This document shows positions 11,252-19,318 of a stretch of DNA of 40,565 nt, in pieces (the stretch's first letter is position 1; each line of letters starts with the position of its first letter). Source of the stretch: Anaerolineae bacterium (GTDB lineage Bacteria; Chloroflexota; Anaerolineae; Epilineales; Epilineaceae); the NCBI GenBank assembly GCA_029262755.1, contig JAJCYU010000038.1, forward strand, positions 1 to 40,565, read 5' to 3'. The notes under the pieces are model-generated. The model had not been told where the DNA came from. It was given only the letters and a program-made list of their open reading frames with translations, and did no database searches. Position numbers and translations under genes: made by a program.

Positions 11252-11260
11252 TGGTATTCT
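11252..11260 (+). promoter_or_regulatory. Putative extended -10 promoter for rny
   Basis: TGGTATTCT (TGn-TATTCT) about 52 nt upstream of the rny ATG. Confidence 0.45.
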
Positions 11261-11312
11261 CACCGGCAACACCGTAGACGTACATTACGATGAACGAGAG
11301 GGTATAGAAACC

Positions 11313-12842
11313 ATGGACCCCACCTCAGCCCTACTGGGCGTGCTGGTGGGCTTGGTCGGCGGAGGAGGGCTGGGTTACGCCATCTTCCGCGTACAGGAGC
11401 GCCGCAAAGTACAGGCGGCGACCGATGCGGCATCGAACGTCATGAAGGAGGCCGAAGGTGCGGCGAGGGAGACCGTACTTGCGGCTAAGGACGAGGCGCT
11501 GGAAATCCGTGCGCGTGCCGAAGAAGAAGTCGGCCGCAAGCGAGGTGAGTTGGAAAAGGATCAGGAACAACTCAGCAAGCGCCGCGAAAAACTCGATCGC
11601 CGTTTTGACCAGGCCGAGCAGCGTGCCCGTACGCTAGATGAGCGGGAACGCGATCTGCAGGACCGCAGTCGCGAGATGGAACAACACGAGGAAAAGGCGC
11701 GCATCGAGTTTGCGCGCATTGCTGAGTTGACGCCCGAAGAGGCACGGATTCAGATCCTCGAGCAGGTCGAAGAAGAGACGCGTGCCGATTCGGCGCGTGT
11801 CATCCGTGATATCGAGAACGAAGCGCGCGATGCCGGCGAGGAACGTGCGCGAAAGATCGTCGTCACCTGTATCCAGCGCTGCGCTTCGGATACGGTAAGC
11901 GAGATCGTTTCCTCGACGGTCGCCTTGCCTTCCGATGAGATGAAGGGCCGCATCATCGGCCGCCAGGGACGCAACATTCGTGCCTTTGAACAAGCCACGG
12001 GCGTCGACGTCATCGTCGACGATACGCCTGAAGCCGTGACCTTGTCCTGCTTCGATCCGGTTCGACGCGAGATCGGCCGCAGGTCGTTGCTCGCGCTGAT
12101 CCAGGACGGCCGGATCCATCCGGCTCGCATCGAGCAGATCGTCAAGAAGGAAGGCGACGCGCTCGACAAGGTCCTGATCAAGGCCGGCGAGGATGCCGCT
12201 TTCGAGGCCGGCGTGCCGCGTCTCCACAAGGAGATCATTCGGCTGCTCGGTCGCCTCAAATACCGCACGAGCTACGGCCAGAACGTGCTCGACCACTCCG
12301 TGGAGGTCGCACACCTTGCGGCCATGCTGGCCCACGAGGTCGGCGCGAACCCGGAATTGGCCCGGGCCGGCGGACTGTTGCACGACATCGGCAAGGCGGT
12401 CACCCACGAGGTGGAAGGACCCCACGCGCTGGTCGGAGCCGATCTAGCTCGCAAGTACGGTGTGGGGCCGATGATCGTGAACGCGATCGCGTCCCACCAC
12501 CACGAGGAAGAGCCGGAGACGCTCGAGGCCATTCTCGTGGAGTCGGCCGATGCAATCAGCGGCGCGCGCCCCGGCGCGCGGCGTGAGTCGCTCGAGCTCT
12601 ACATCAAGCGCATCAAGGCACTTGAGAACATCGCCCGGGGTTTCCAGGGCGTCGAAGAGAGCTACGCCATCCAAGCGGGTCGCGAGATCCGCATCCTCGT
12701 TCGTCCGGAGCAGATCGACGATTTGGCCGCGGCGCGTTTGGCGCGCGACGTGGCGCGCAAGGTCGAGGAGACGCTCGAGTACCCCGGCCAGGTCAAGGTG
12801 ACGGTGATTCGTGAGACGCGCGCCGTGGACGTTGCCAAGTAG
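11313..12842 (+). CDS. rny: Ribonuclease Y
   Basis: N-terminal TM helix, coiled coil, KH domain (MKGRIIGRQGRNIR), HD domain (LLHDIGK), ADAISGARPGAR, YAIQAGRE and YPGQVKVTVIRETRA. Start ATG 11313. Confidence 0.98.
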   Translation: MDPTSALLGVLVGLVGGGGLGYAIFRVQERRKVQAATDAASNVMKEAEGAARETVLAAKDEALEIRARAEEEVGRKRGELEKDQEQLSKRREKLDRRFDQAEQRARTLDERERDLQDRSREMEQHEEKARIEFARIAELTPEEARIQILEQVEEETRADSARVIRDIENEARDAGEERARKIVVTCIQRCASDTVSEIVSSTVALPSDEMKGRIIGRQGRNIRAFEQATGVDVIVDDTPEAVTLSCFDPVRREIGRRSLLALIQDGRIHPARIEQIVKKEGDALDKVLIKAGEDAAFEAGVPRLHKEIIRLLGRLKYRTSYGQNVLDHSVEVAHLAAMLAHEVGANPELARAGGLLHDIGKAVTHEVEGPHALVGADLARKYGVGPMIVNAIASHHHEEEPETLEAILVESADAISGARPGARRESLELYIKRIKALENIARGFQGVEESYAIQAGREIRILVRPEQIDDLAAARLARDVARKVEETLEYPGQVKVTVIRETRAVDVAK

Positions 12843-12981
12843 TGGCGGATCGGGCGGAGGTGCGCGTCTTGCCTTGGTGTCGCACGCAACATGCGCCGCA
12901 ACAGGTGCCCACGGTCGGAATACTCGATCCGGCCGTGGTTTAGGAATATTGAGCGATCGACCAGGATAGCGAGTCCGGCAG

Positions 12982-12990
12982 TGGTATAGT
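12982..12990 (+). promoter_or_regulatory. Putative extended -10 promoter for spoVS
   Basis: TGGTATAGT about 36 nt upstream of the ATG, with GGAAGG as a possible RBS. Confidence 0.5.
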
Positions 12991-13026
12991 GCCTAACCGT
13001 GGTATCCCCCCGTGGAAGGTCGAACA

Positions 13027-13527
13027 ATGCCTGATATGATCAAGGTCTCCGCGCAGTCCCTCACGACCGCAGTGGCCGGAGCGATCGCGGGCGTAGTCCG
13101 CGACCACGGCCGCGCCGATGTGCAAGCAATCGGCGCAAGCGCGGTCAATCAGGCCGTCAAGGCCATAGCCATCGCACACGGCTATCTCGAAGAAGACGAG
13201 TTGGACATCTACTGTCTGCCGGCCTTCGTCGAGGTGGACATCGGTGGCCAAGAGCGCACGGCCATTCGCTTCGCGGTCGAGGTGCAAGGCAACGACTTCG
13301 TTCCGCGCCTAGCAGGCGGACAAGACGGTTCGGATAGCCACGGCAAGCGTGGCGACTATGCGCGCCGAGCCCGTGGTACCGCGTCCTCCGCACATCCGAA
13401 CGCCGGCGATACCCAGGACGAGCACGCATCGGGCGGGCAGGCGCAGGACGATACCGAGCCGCCCTTTGGCTCCGTCTCCGATTCCGGAGAGCGTGGCGCC
13501 TACCCCTACGCCGAGGAAGAAGACTAA
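13027..13527 (+). CDS. spoVS: SpoVS-family protein with an ~80 aa disordered C-terminal extension
   Basis: IKVSA.S....VAGAIAG, VQAIGA.AVNQAVKAIAIA.GYL and PAF..V.I.GQERTAI; position after rny matches the Firmicutes order. Confidence 0.93.
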   Translation: MPDMIKVSAQSLTTAVAGAIAGVVRDHGRADVQAIGASAVNQAVKAIAIAHGYLEEDELDIYCLPAFVEVDIGGQERTAIRFAVEVQGNDFVPRLAGGQDGSDSHGKRGDYARRARGTASSAHPNAGDTQDEHASGGQAQDDTEPPFGSVSDSGERGAYPYAEEED

Positions 13528-13708
13528 ATCTTCGTCTAGCTTGCATTCGCGGGCTCGGCAGCCACGGCGCTCGCGCCGGCGGTCCGCTGGTGATCGGCTA
13601 GCGCTCCACGATCGCCTCGTCCCATCGAAGCGCCTGCGCGTCACATTAGCTGCCTCACTACCCGCATCGGCAAGCTGGTTGGACTACTAGGTCGTGTCGC
13701 TGCCTCTC

Positions 13709-13796
13709 CGTACCGCAACGGCCGTGCACGACGGAATCGTCGCGCACGGCACCGGTACGCCACTCGTACAAGTTCGCGTTCACGCGAACTCGTGCG
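13709..13796. terminator. Two tandem long hairpins between convergent spoVS and ricT, a probable bidirectional terminator
   Basis: CGTACCG..GCCGTGCACGACG-GAAT-CGTCGCGCACGGC..CGGTACG (13709-13759) and AGTTCGCGT/ACGCGAACT (13771-13790); no U-tract. Confidence 0.55.
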
Positions 13797-13804
13797 CAGT
13801 CGGC

Positions 13805-15547
13805 TCAGGTCTGCGAACCTCCGCCACTACCGCCGCCCGTGCCGCTATCGCCGCCACCGGAATTTCCGCTTCCGGAGCCGCCACTGGGCTTCCGCCGCCT
13901 TCGCCGCCGCTTGCGGCGCTTCGCACCGCCCTCGCCGGCAGGGCCTCCCGGAGCGCTATCACCTCGGCTACGCGATCCACTATCTTGCGGGCCACGATCC
14001 GTCGAAGGCGCTCCGCTATCACGGCTGGAATCGGCGCCCGAACCGGAGTCGTTCGGGCCGCTACCGCTAGCGCTGCTCCCACCACCGCGACGACGCCGTC
14101 CGCGTCCGCGGCCTCGGCCACGCCCACGTCCGCGGCCGCGGCCCTTGCCGCCGCCCTCGCGATCCGCGTCACCGGAACCCTCACCTGTCGTCCGCGGCGC
14201 TGTGGCTCCCCCTGTGGCTCCTCCGGTGTCGCCTCGCGGCGTGGTCGGGTCTCCGGGGACCGGGGCCTGATCGTCCGTCGCTTCGCGGGATCGAGCTTCT
14301 GCATCATCGTCGCGTGATGCGCCGCCGCGGCCCGATCGACCTCGCCGTGAACGGCTTGCAGCTTTTTCGCGCTCGCTCTTGCGTACGGCGCGCTCCGCGG
14401 CGGCGGCCCTTGCCTTCTCGGCCGGGGTACCGCCCGACGCCTCGGCCTCGCCGAAGGCCTTCGTCCAACGCTCACGCTGCTCGACGAAGGCGTCGCCGTC
14501 CACGACCACGCGCGAACCGTCTTCCCAGAGCACGGACACCTTGCGCGTCAGGAGGTTGACGTCCACCACGCGGCCTCGACCGACCGCGCTGGTGAGCTTC
14601 GCACCCACCTTGGGCATGCCGGTCTTGAGGTCGCGATATTGATCATCCTCGAATGCCAGGCAGCACAACAGTTTGCCGCACACGCCGCTGATCTCGTTAG
14701 GGTTGAGGGGTAGTCCCTGGTTCTTGGCCATGCGGATCGAGATCGGCTGGAAGTCCGGCATCCAGGAGCTGCAGCACAACTCGCGGCCGCAGCGATCGAT
14801 GCCACCGATGAGCTTGGCCTTGTCGCGCGGACCCACCTGGCGCAACAGGACGCGCGTCTTGCGGCTCCGCGCCAGATCGCGCACGAGCAGCCGGAAATCA
14901 ACGCGCTTCTTCTCGCTCGTGAAGTAGACCGTCAGGCAGCTGCCGTCGTAGTTGTATTCGGCCCGCACGGCGCGCATCGGCAGCCGGTGCTGCTTGATTT
15001 GCTCGCTGGCCTCGCTAAGCGCCGCCGGGGCTTCCGTCTCGAGCCGCGCCATGGTGCGAATGTCATTCTCCGTCGCACGGCGCTTGATGCGCTTGAGCTT
15101 GCCGAGCCGCGAGCCGACGACCTGATCCGGCGCGATGACGACGTAGCCGGCCTCGATGCCCTGGGCCGTATCGACCACGACCTGTTCGCCGACGGTAAGG
15201 TCCGGCTCCGCGCCGGCATGGAAGTAGTAGATCCGCCCCGCACGCTTGAACCGTACGCCCACGACAGGCGGACCTTCGCGCTTGGGCTTCGACTCGCTGC
15301 GATCTCGATCCGCATCCGGCGCGTCGTCTCCGTCTGCCCCCACTTCCTCCGCTCCAGCCGGGTGTGCGGTCGCTTCGTCCGATGCGGCGGGTACGGCAGC
15401 ATCGGTCGCGGGAACATCCTGCCGCGCGGGCGATGCCGCCGATTCTTCGGGCGACGGTGCCTCAGCGGCGGACGGCCTGGAATCCGAGGCGTCCGCGGAG
15501 CGCGGGGTGGAGGCTGCGGCGTCGTCCTGTTCGTGTCGTTCGTCCAT
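13805..15547 (-). CDS. ricT: RicT/YaaT (PSP1 domain) protein with long disordered N- and C-terminal extensions
   Basis: VVGVRFKRAGRIYYF, RVDFR.LVRDLA, RQVG.RD.AK, CGRELCC, SIRMAKNQ.L.LNP and ISG.CGKLLCCL; directly downstream of holB as in Firmicutes. Confidence 0.9.
   Translation of the reverse strand: MDERHEQDDAAASTPRSADASDSRPSAAEAPSPEESAASPARQDVPATDAAVPAASDEATAHPAGAEEVGADGDDAPDADRDRSESKPKREGPPVVGVRFKRAGRIYYFHAGAEPDLTVGEQVVVDTAQGIEAGYVVIAPDQVVGSRLGKLKRIKRRATENDIRTMARLETEAPAALSEASEQIKQHRLPMRAVRAEYNYDGSCLTVYFTSEKKRVDFRLLVRDLARSRKTRVLLRQVGPRDKAKLIGGIDRCGRELCCSSWMPDFQPISIRMAKNQGLPLNPNEISGVCGKLLCCLAFEDDQYRDLKTGMPKVGAKLTSAVGRGRVVDVNLLTRKVSVLWEDGSRVVVDGDAFVEQRERWTKAFGEAEASGGTPAEKARAAAAERAVRKSEREKAASRSRRGRSGRGGASRDDDAEARSREATDDQAPVPGDPTTPRGDTGGATGGATAPRTTGEGSGDADREGGGKGRGRGRGRGRGRGRGRRRRGGGSSASGSGPNDSGSGADSSRDSGAPSTDRGPQDSGSRSRGDSAPGGPAGEGGAKRRKRRRRRRKPSGGSGSGNSGGGDSGTGGGSGGGSQT
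14088..14150 (-). repeat. Degenerate hexamer tract encoding a (GR)n / poly-Arg run in RicT
   Basis: Protein segment KGRGRGRGRGRGRGRGRRRRGGG. Confidence 0.8.
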
Positions 15548-15563
15548 GGTGGACGGCTCTCTC

Positions 15564-16610
15564 TCAGGCCGTGGAAACGGCCGGTGGATGGTTCAGGGTA
15601 GGCAGGCCGAGGAGTAGGACCTCCAAGACCAGCTGCGGGCTACCGTGGGCGGCCAACTCCGCCAGGGCGCGTTCGGTGGCGCGCAGGGCGTCGACGATAC
15701 GTGCGGTGGGGAGGGAGGCCGCTACGGGGCGCATCAACGGGCCGCGATCACCGTGTACGAAGGCCTCATCCACCCCGAGGTTGAGCAGGAGTAGATCGCG
15801 CCACCAGCCGTTCCAGAGTGTGAGTCCCGCCGGCAACGCGTCGCGATCCTTGGCCAGCGCATCGGCCAAAGCCATGCGCTCGGCTCGATCGGCGCCAACA
15901 ATGGTCTGTACTCGGTCGAGCCACTGCTCGTGCAAGGCGAGGGCATCCGCGTCGCCCAAAATCGCGATCGCGCGGCCCAGACAGCCGGCGCTCAGGCGCG
16001 CAAGCCGATCCGCTTCCGCGGCATCGGCGCCCCATCCAGCTTGGAGCGCAGACGCAGCGTCGGGCGGGGATAGAGGGCGCAGCAACAGACGGCGCGCACG
16101 GGATCGGATCGTCGGGAGCACTTCGGGCTCCGCGGCCGTGGTCAGCAACAGCGTGGCGTGTGCGGGCGGCTCTTCGAGCAACTTGAGCAAGCTGTTCGCT
16201 GCGCCGATCGACGCGGCCTCGATGAGCGGCAGCACGGCCACGCGATGCGCGGACTCGCTCGGCGCGAGCGCCAGCGCGGACTGCAATTCGCGCGCGGCCT
16301 CGATGCGCAGCGGTGTCTCGACCCAATGCAGGTCCGCATGGCCGCCCTGGGCGACGAGCCGGCAGGCCCGACATGCGCCGCAGGGTTGCTCTTCGGGTGC
16401 GCTCGTGCACAGCAACGCCTGCGCGATGCGACGCGCGAGCGTGCGCTTGCCGACGCCTTCCGGACCGGCCAGCAATACGGCGTGACCGAGCGAACCGGAG
16501 CGCGCGGCGCGCTCCAGGCCCGCGAGGACCTTGGCGTGGCCGTGAATTGGCACCCGATGGGTGGCCGACGTGGCGAGCACGTCGTTGGCTTGCGGGGAGG
16601 CGGACGTCAT
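15564..16610 (-). CDS. holB: DNA polymerase III subunit delta'
   Basis: HAVLLAGPEGVGK, zinc module C...PCG.CRAC, HADL, AANSLLKLLEEPP and LPTIRSR. Confidence 0.93.
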   Translation of the reverse strand: MTSASPQANDVLATSATHRVPIHGHAKVLAGLERAARSGSLGHAVLLAGPEGVGKRTLARRIAQALLCTSAPEEQPCGACRACRLVAQGGHADLHWVETPLRIEAARELQSALALAPSESAHRVAVLPLIEAASIGAANSLLKLLEEPPAHATLLLTTAAEPEVLPTIRSRARRLLLRPLSPPDAASALQAGWGADAAEADRLARLSAGCLGRAIAILGDADALALHEQWLDRVQTIVGADRAERMALADALAKDRDALPAGLTLWNGWWRDLLLLNLGVDEAFVHGDRGPLMRPVAASLPTARIVDALRATERALAELAAHGSPQLVLEVLLLGLPTLNHPPAVSTA

Positions 16611-16664
16611 GCGAGCAAGGCTAGCATGCTCGGGGGTGCTCGGTAAGCGCTACGCCCCGCGTCT

Positions 16665-17972
16665 TCACGGCAGATCGACCAACCAGAGGTCCCGCTCGCG
16701 CTCGTCCAACCACGCCATCGAGCCGCCGTCCGGCGAGATCGACCAATCGTTGCCCGCGATCCGGATGCCCAGATCGGCAGCCAAGAGCAGGCGGGTGGCA
16801 CCCGTGTCCGCGTCGAGCTGCCACAGTTCCTGCCCCTCTACGTCCAGGCCAAACGGCACGTAGGCCAAGGTGCTGCCCGTTCGCCACCGATACGCACCCA
16901 CCACGTCAAGCTTCCGCGCGGCGCCGTAGCTATCGGTCTGGGTGGGCGCCAGCCAGACCCCGTTGCGGGTCGGGTTGGCCCGGTCGAGGCTGGTCAGGTA
17001 CGCCACCCAGCGCCCGTCCGGCGAGAGCAAGGGTTCGGCCAACCATTCTCCGCGCGCGAGCTCGACCATGTCGCCGTCCAAGGTATTGAGGCGCAGCAGC
17101 GAATAGAGGGGGCGTTCCCGAAAGGGCCGTCCCAAGACGAGTACGTGAATGCTGTCCGGCAGGAACTCGACCACTCGCAGACCCCAGAGCGAAGCAAGCT
17201 CCACCGGCTCACCGCCACGCGCCGCAGCCGTCCAAACCCTGTTCAGGCCGTCCACATCGGCGCGGCCGCCCGTCGCCTCCCACCACACCGCCCGCGCGCC
17301 GTCGGGTGAGAGCAACAAGGGATTGCCGTCCGTAGGCAAGGTCCAACGCTCTCCGGAGATGCTGTCGCGCACGACGCTGACATTGCCCTGGGGCTCCACC
17401 CGCAGGCTCATCGCACCGGGCACCCGCCCGATCTCTCTGTCGACCACCCGGCCTTGCGCACCGGGTGGCCAGGCGTCGACACCGTATAGGGCCGTAACGG
17501 GCGCCCCTGCCGGCCGATCGATGTAGAGGACGGTGGCGCTGTCGGCGGACCACCAGGCGCCGGGGCAGCACCCGCCCGCGAGCAGACGGCGCGGCGCACC
17601 GGGCATCGTGCCACGCGACAAGCGCGGTGCGGCGGGCGCGGTGGGCAACACCGGGATCGTCGGCGGCACGACGACCGCCGAGGGCGGCATGGTCGGGCGC
17701 GGAGCGCCGCCCAATACGCCCGCCAGCCCGATCGCCGCTTCGCCCACGACCTGGCGTGCGTCTCGGCTCAGCCGGTCTCCGGCCTCGCTCAGGTCCGCGG
17801 GCAACACGGCCGCGCCCTCGCGCACCGCGATGGCCAGGGCCAGCGCACCCACCACAGGCAACGCGGCGGCCACCACCAACATGCGACGCGCAAACGGTCC
17901 GCGACGGCCGGCGCGCTCGCGTCGTCGCGCCGCACGCTCACGCGCGGTAGTGCGACCCATCCGTCCGCTCAC
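16665..17972 (-). CDS. Membrane-anchored TolB/PD40-like beta-propeller protein
   Basis: Basic N-terminus plus TM helix, Pro-rich stalk, and repeated WSADS / LSPDG / ISPDG blades. Start is GTG 17972 or ATG 17960. Confidence 0.7.
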   Translation of the reverse strand: MSGRMGRTTARERAARRRERAGRRGPFARRMLVVAAALPVVGALALAIAVREGAAVLPADLSEAGDRLSRDARQVVGEAAIGLAGVLGGAPRPTMPPSAVVVPPTIPVLPTAPAAPRLSRGTMPGAPRRLLAGGCCPGAWWSADSATVLYIDRPAGAPVTALYGVDAWPPGAQGRVVDREIGRVPGAMSLRVEPQGNVSVVRDSISGERWTLPTDGNPLLLSPDGARAVWWEATGGRADVDGLNRVWTAAARGGEPVELASLWGLRVVEFLPDSIHVLVLGRPFRERPLYSLLRLNTLDGDMVELARGEWLAEPLLSPDGRWVAYLTSLDRANPTRNGVWLAPTQTDSYGAARKLDVVGAYRWRTGSTLAYVPFGLDVEGQELWQLDADTGATRLLLAADLGIRIAGNDWSISPDGGSMAWLDERERDLWLVDLP

Positions 17973-17975
17973 CGT

Positions 17976-18797
17976 TCAGCTGCCGTCCGCGGGAAGGGCG
18001 TGCACGAAGTTGTTGAGCAACGGGCCGCCGAACGTGATCTCGGGCTGATCGTCCATGGCCTGCCAACGACGCGGATCTTCCAGGTTGCGCTCGAAGCGCT
18101 GCGGGCTCGCACCGAGCAGGGCGAGCCCGTGCCAGTCCGCGTCGATGAAGTGCACCGGGTTGAAAGCGCGGCGCAGGCTCTCGTCGCGGATCTCGAGGTG
18201 CAGGTGAGGCGATGCGTAGCAGGTCTCGTACATATCACCCGACAACGCAATCGCTTGTCCCTTCGTCACGGTCTGGCCGACCGCGAGCGCGGGTCGCTCC
18301 AACAGATGGCCATAGAAGCTCACGATGCCGCCTGCATGGCTGATCATCATATTGTGCGGCAAAGCGCCACCGGGGCCGTCGACGCTACGCACGGTACCAT
18401 CCGCGACTGCTGCGATCGGCGTGCCGCACGCGGCTGCGAAGTCCATGCCCATGTGCAGACCTTGGCCCGCCCGGTAGATCGTGGCGCGCTCGTAGTACGC
18501 GTAAATCGTGTTGCCGTAGGGTTGGGCGAGGTACCAGCTACCCAGCCCGGGCGGCTCGACAAATGGCAGGCCGAAATCGATTCCCTGCGCCACGGTCGAC
18601 TCGGGCGAGGGACGTGCCCACGCCGATTCCGGCGCGAGCAACACCGTCACGAGCGCCATCGCGAACGCGGCGCCGAACGTCGCACCGCGCGCAACACGAC
18701 TGGCGCGACCCGAAGCGGTGCGCCCCCTCCGCGTGCACGGCGAATCCGTGCCCGTCACGAGTGCGTTGGCACGGAGCTGCGCGCTCGCGCGCATCAT
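17976..18797 (-). CDS. M23 family metallopeptidase, probably secreted
   Basis: HMGMD (HxxxD), GTPI.A.ADG.V, YGHL, VGQ.V.KGQ.IA.SG and PHLHLE; hydrophobic signal-like segment. Confidence 0.9.
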   Translation of the reverse strand: MMRASAQLRANALVTGTDSPCTRRGRTASGRASRVARGATFGAAFAMALVTVLLAPESAWARPSPESTVAQGIDFGLPFVEPPGLGSWYLAQPYGNTIYAYYERATIYRAGQGLHMGMDFAAACGTPIAAVADGTVRSVDGPGGALPHNMMISHAGGIVSFYGHLLERPALAVGQTVTKGQAIALSGDMYETCYASPHLHLEIRDESLRRAFNPVHFIDADWHGLALLGASPQRFERNLEDPRRWQAMDDQPEITFGGPLLNNFVHALPADGS

Positions 18798-19318
18798 GGT
18801 GCGGACCCCGCCGCCGGCTCGGCCGCCGTCTGGGAAGCAGACCCCGCCGCGGAACCTGTTGCGGGCTGCTCTTCAGCGATCCGCTTGAAACGGGCCAGGC
18901 CCTCGGTGAGTTCGCTTTCCGCTCGTCCGATCATGGCGCGCGCCCCGATCCGGGCGATCATGGATCGGAACTGCAACTCGACGGTCTGTCGGAAGCGCGT
19001 AGAGGATCCCCCCTTGCCTACGGCCTCCAAGAGCCACGTTACGTCCGCCTGAACGCTCAAGGCCTCGTGCGAGCCCCCGACCACCATCTGATTCGGCGGA
19101 TCCAGCTCCCTCACCCGCGCGTCGAGCGTGAGCACGCGGTCGCCGTCCGCGCCGAGCACGACACGCACCCGAGACCCCTCCACGATCTCCTCTGCGTCAT
19201 GGAGCAACCGGATCTCCCGCAGATACGGGATGAAGGCTGAGGCGCGCTCGAAATCCATCAACGTGCGCCATACGTCCTCTGGCGGCCGCTTGATCACGAC
19301 GACGTGGTCAAGTTTCAT
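18794..19318 (-). CDS. SRPBCC (CoxG/polyketide cyclase-like) family protein
   Basis: I.RPPEDVW..L.D.E....FIP and C-terminal helix L..GLARFKRIAE; overlaps both neighbours. Confidence 0.8.
   Translation of the reverse strand: MKLDHVVVIKRPPEDVWRTLMDFERASAFIPYLREIRLLHDAEEIVEGSRVRVVLGADGDRVLTLDARVRELDPPNQMVVGGSHEALSVQADVTWLLEAVGKGGSSTRFRQTVELQFRSMIARIGARAMIGRAESELTEGLARFKRIAEEQPATGSAAGSASQTAAEPAAGSAP

Noticed and set aside
13027..15547. spoVS and ricT ('stage 0/V sporulation') as evidence of endospore formation
   Set aside because: Both families are widespread in non-sporulating bacteria, and no spo0A or sporulation sigma genes are in the window.
17976..17978. Selenocysteine recoding of the M23 stop codon
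   Set aside because: The TGA falls in a non-conserved tail, not at a Cys-equivalent catalytic site. The downstream hairpin is weak and the next ORF has its own membrane anchor.
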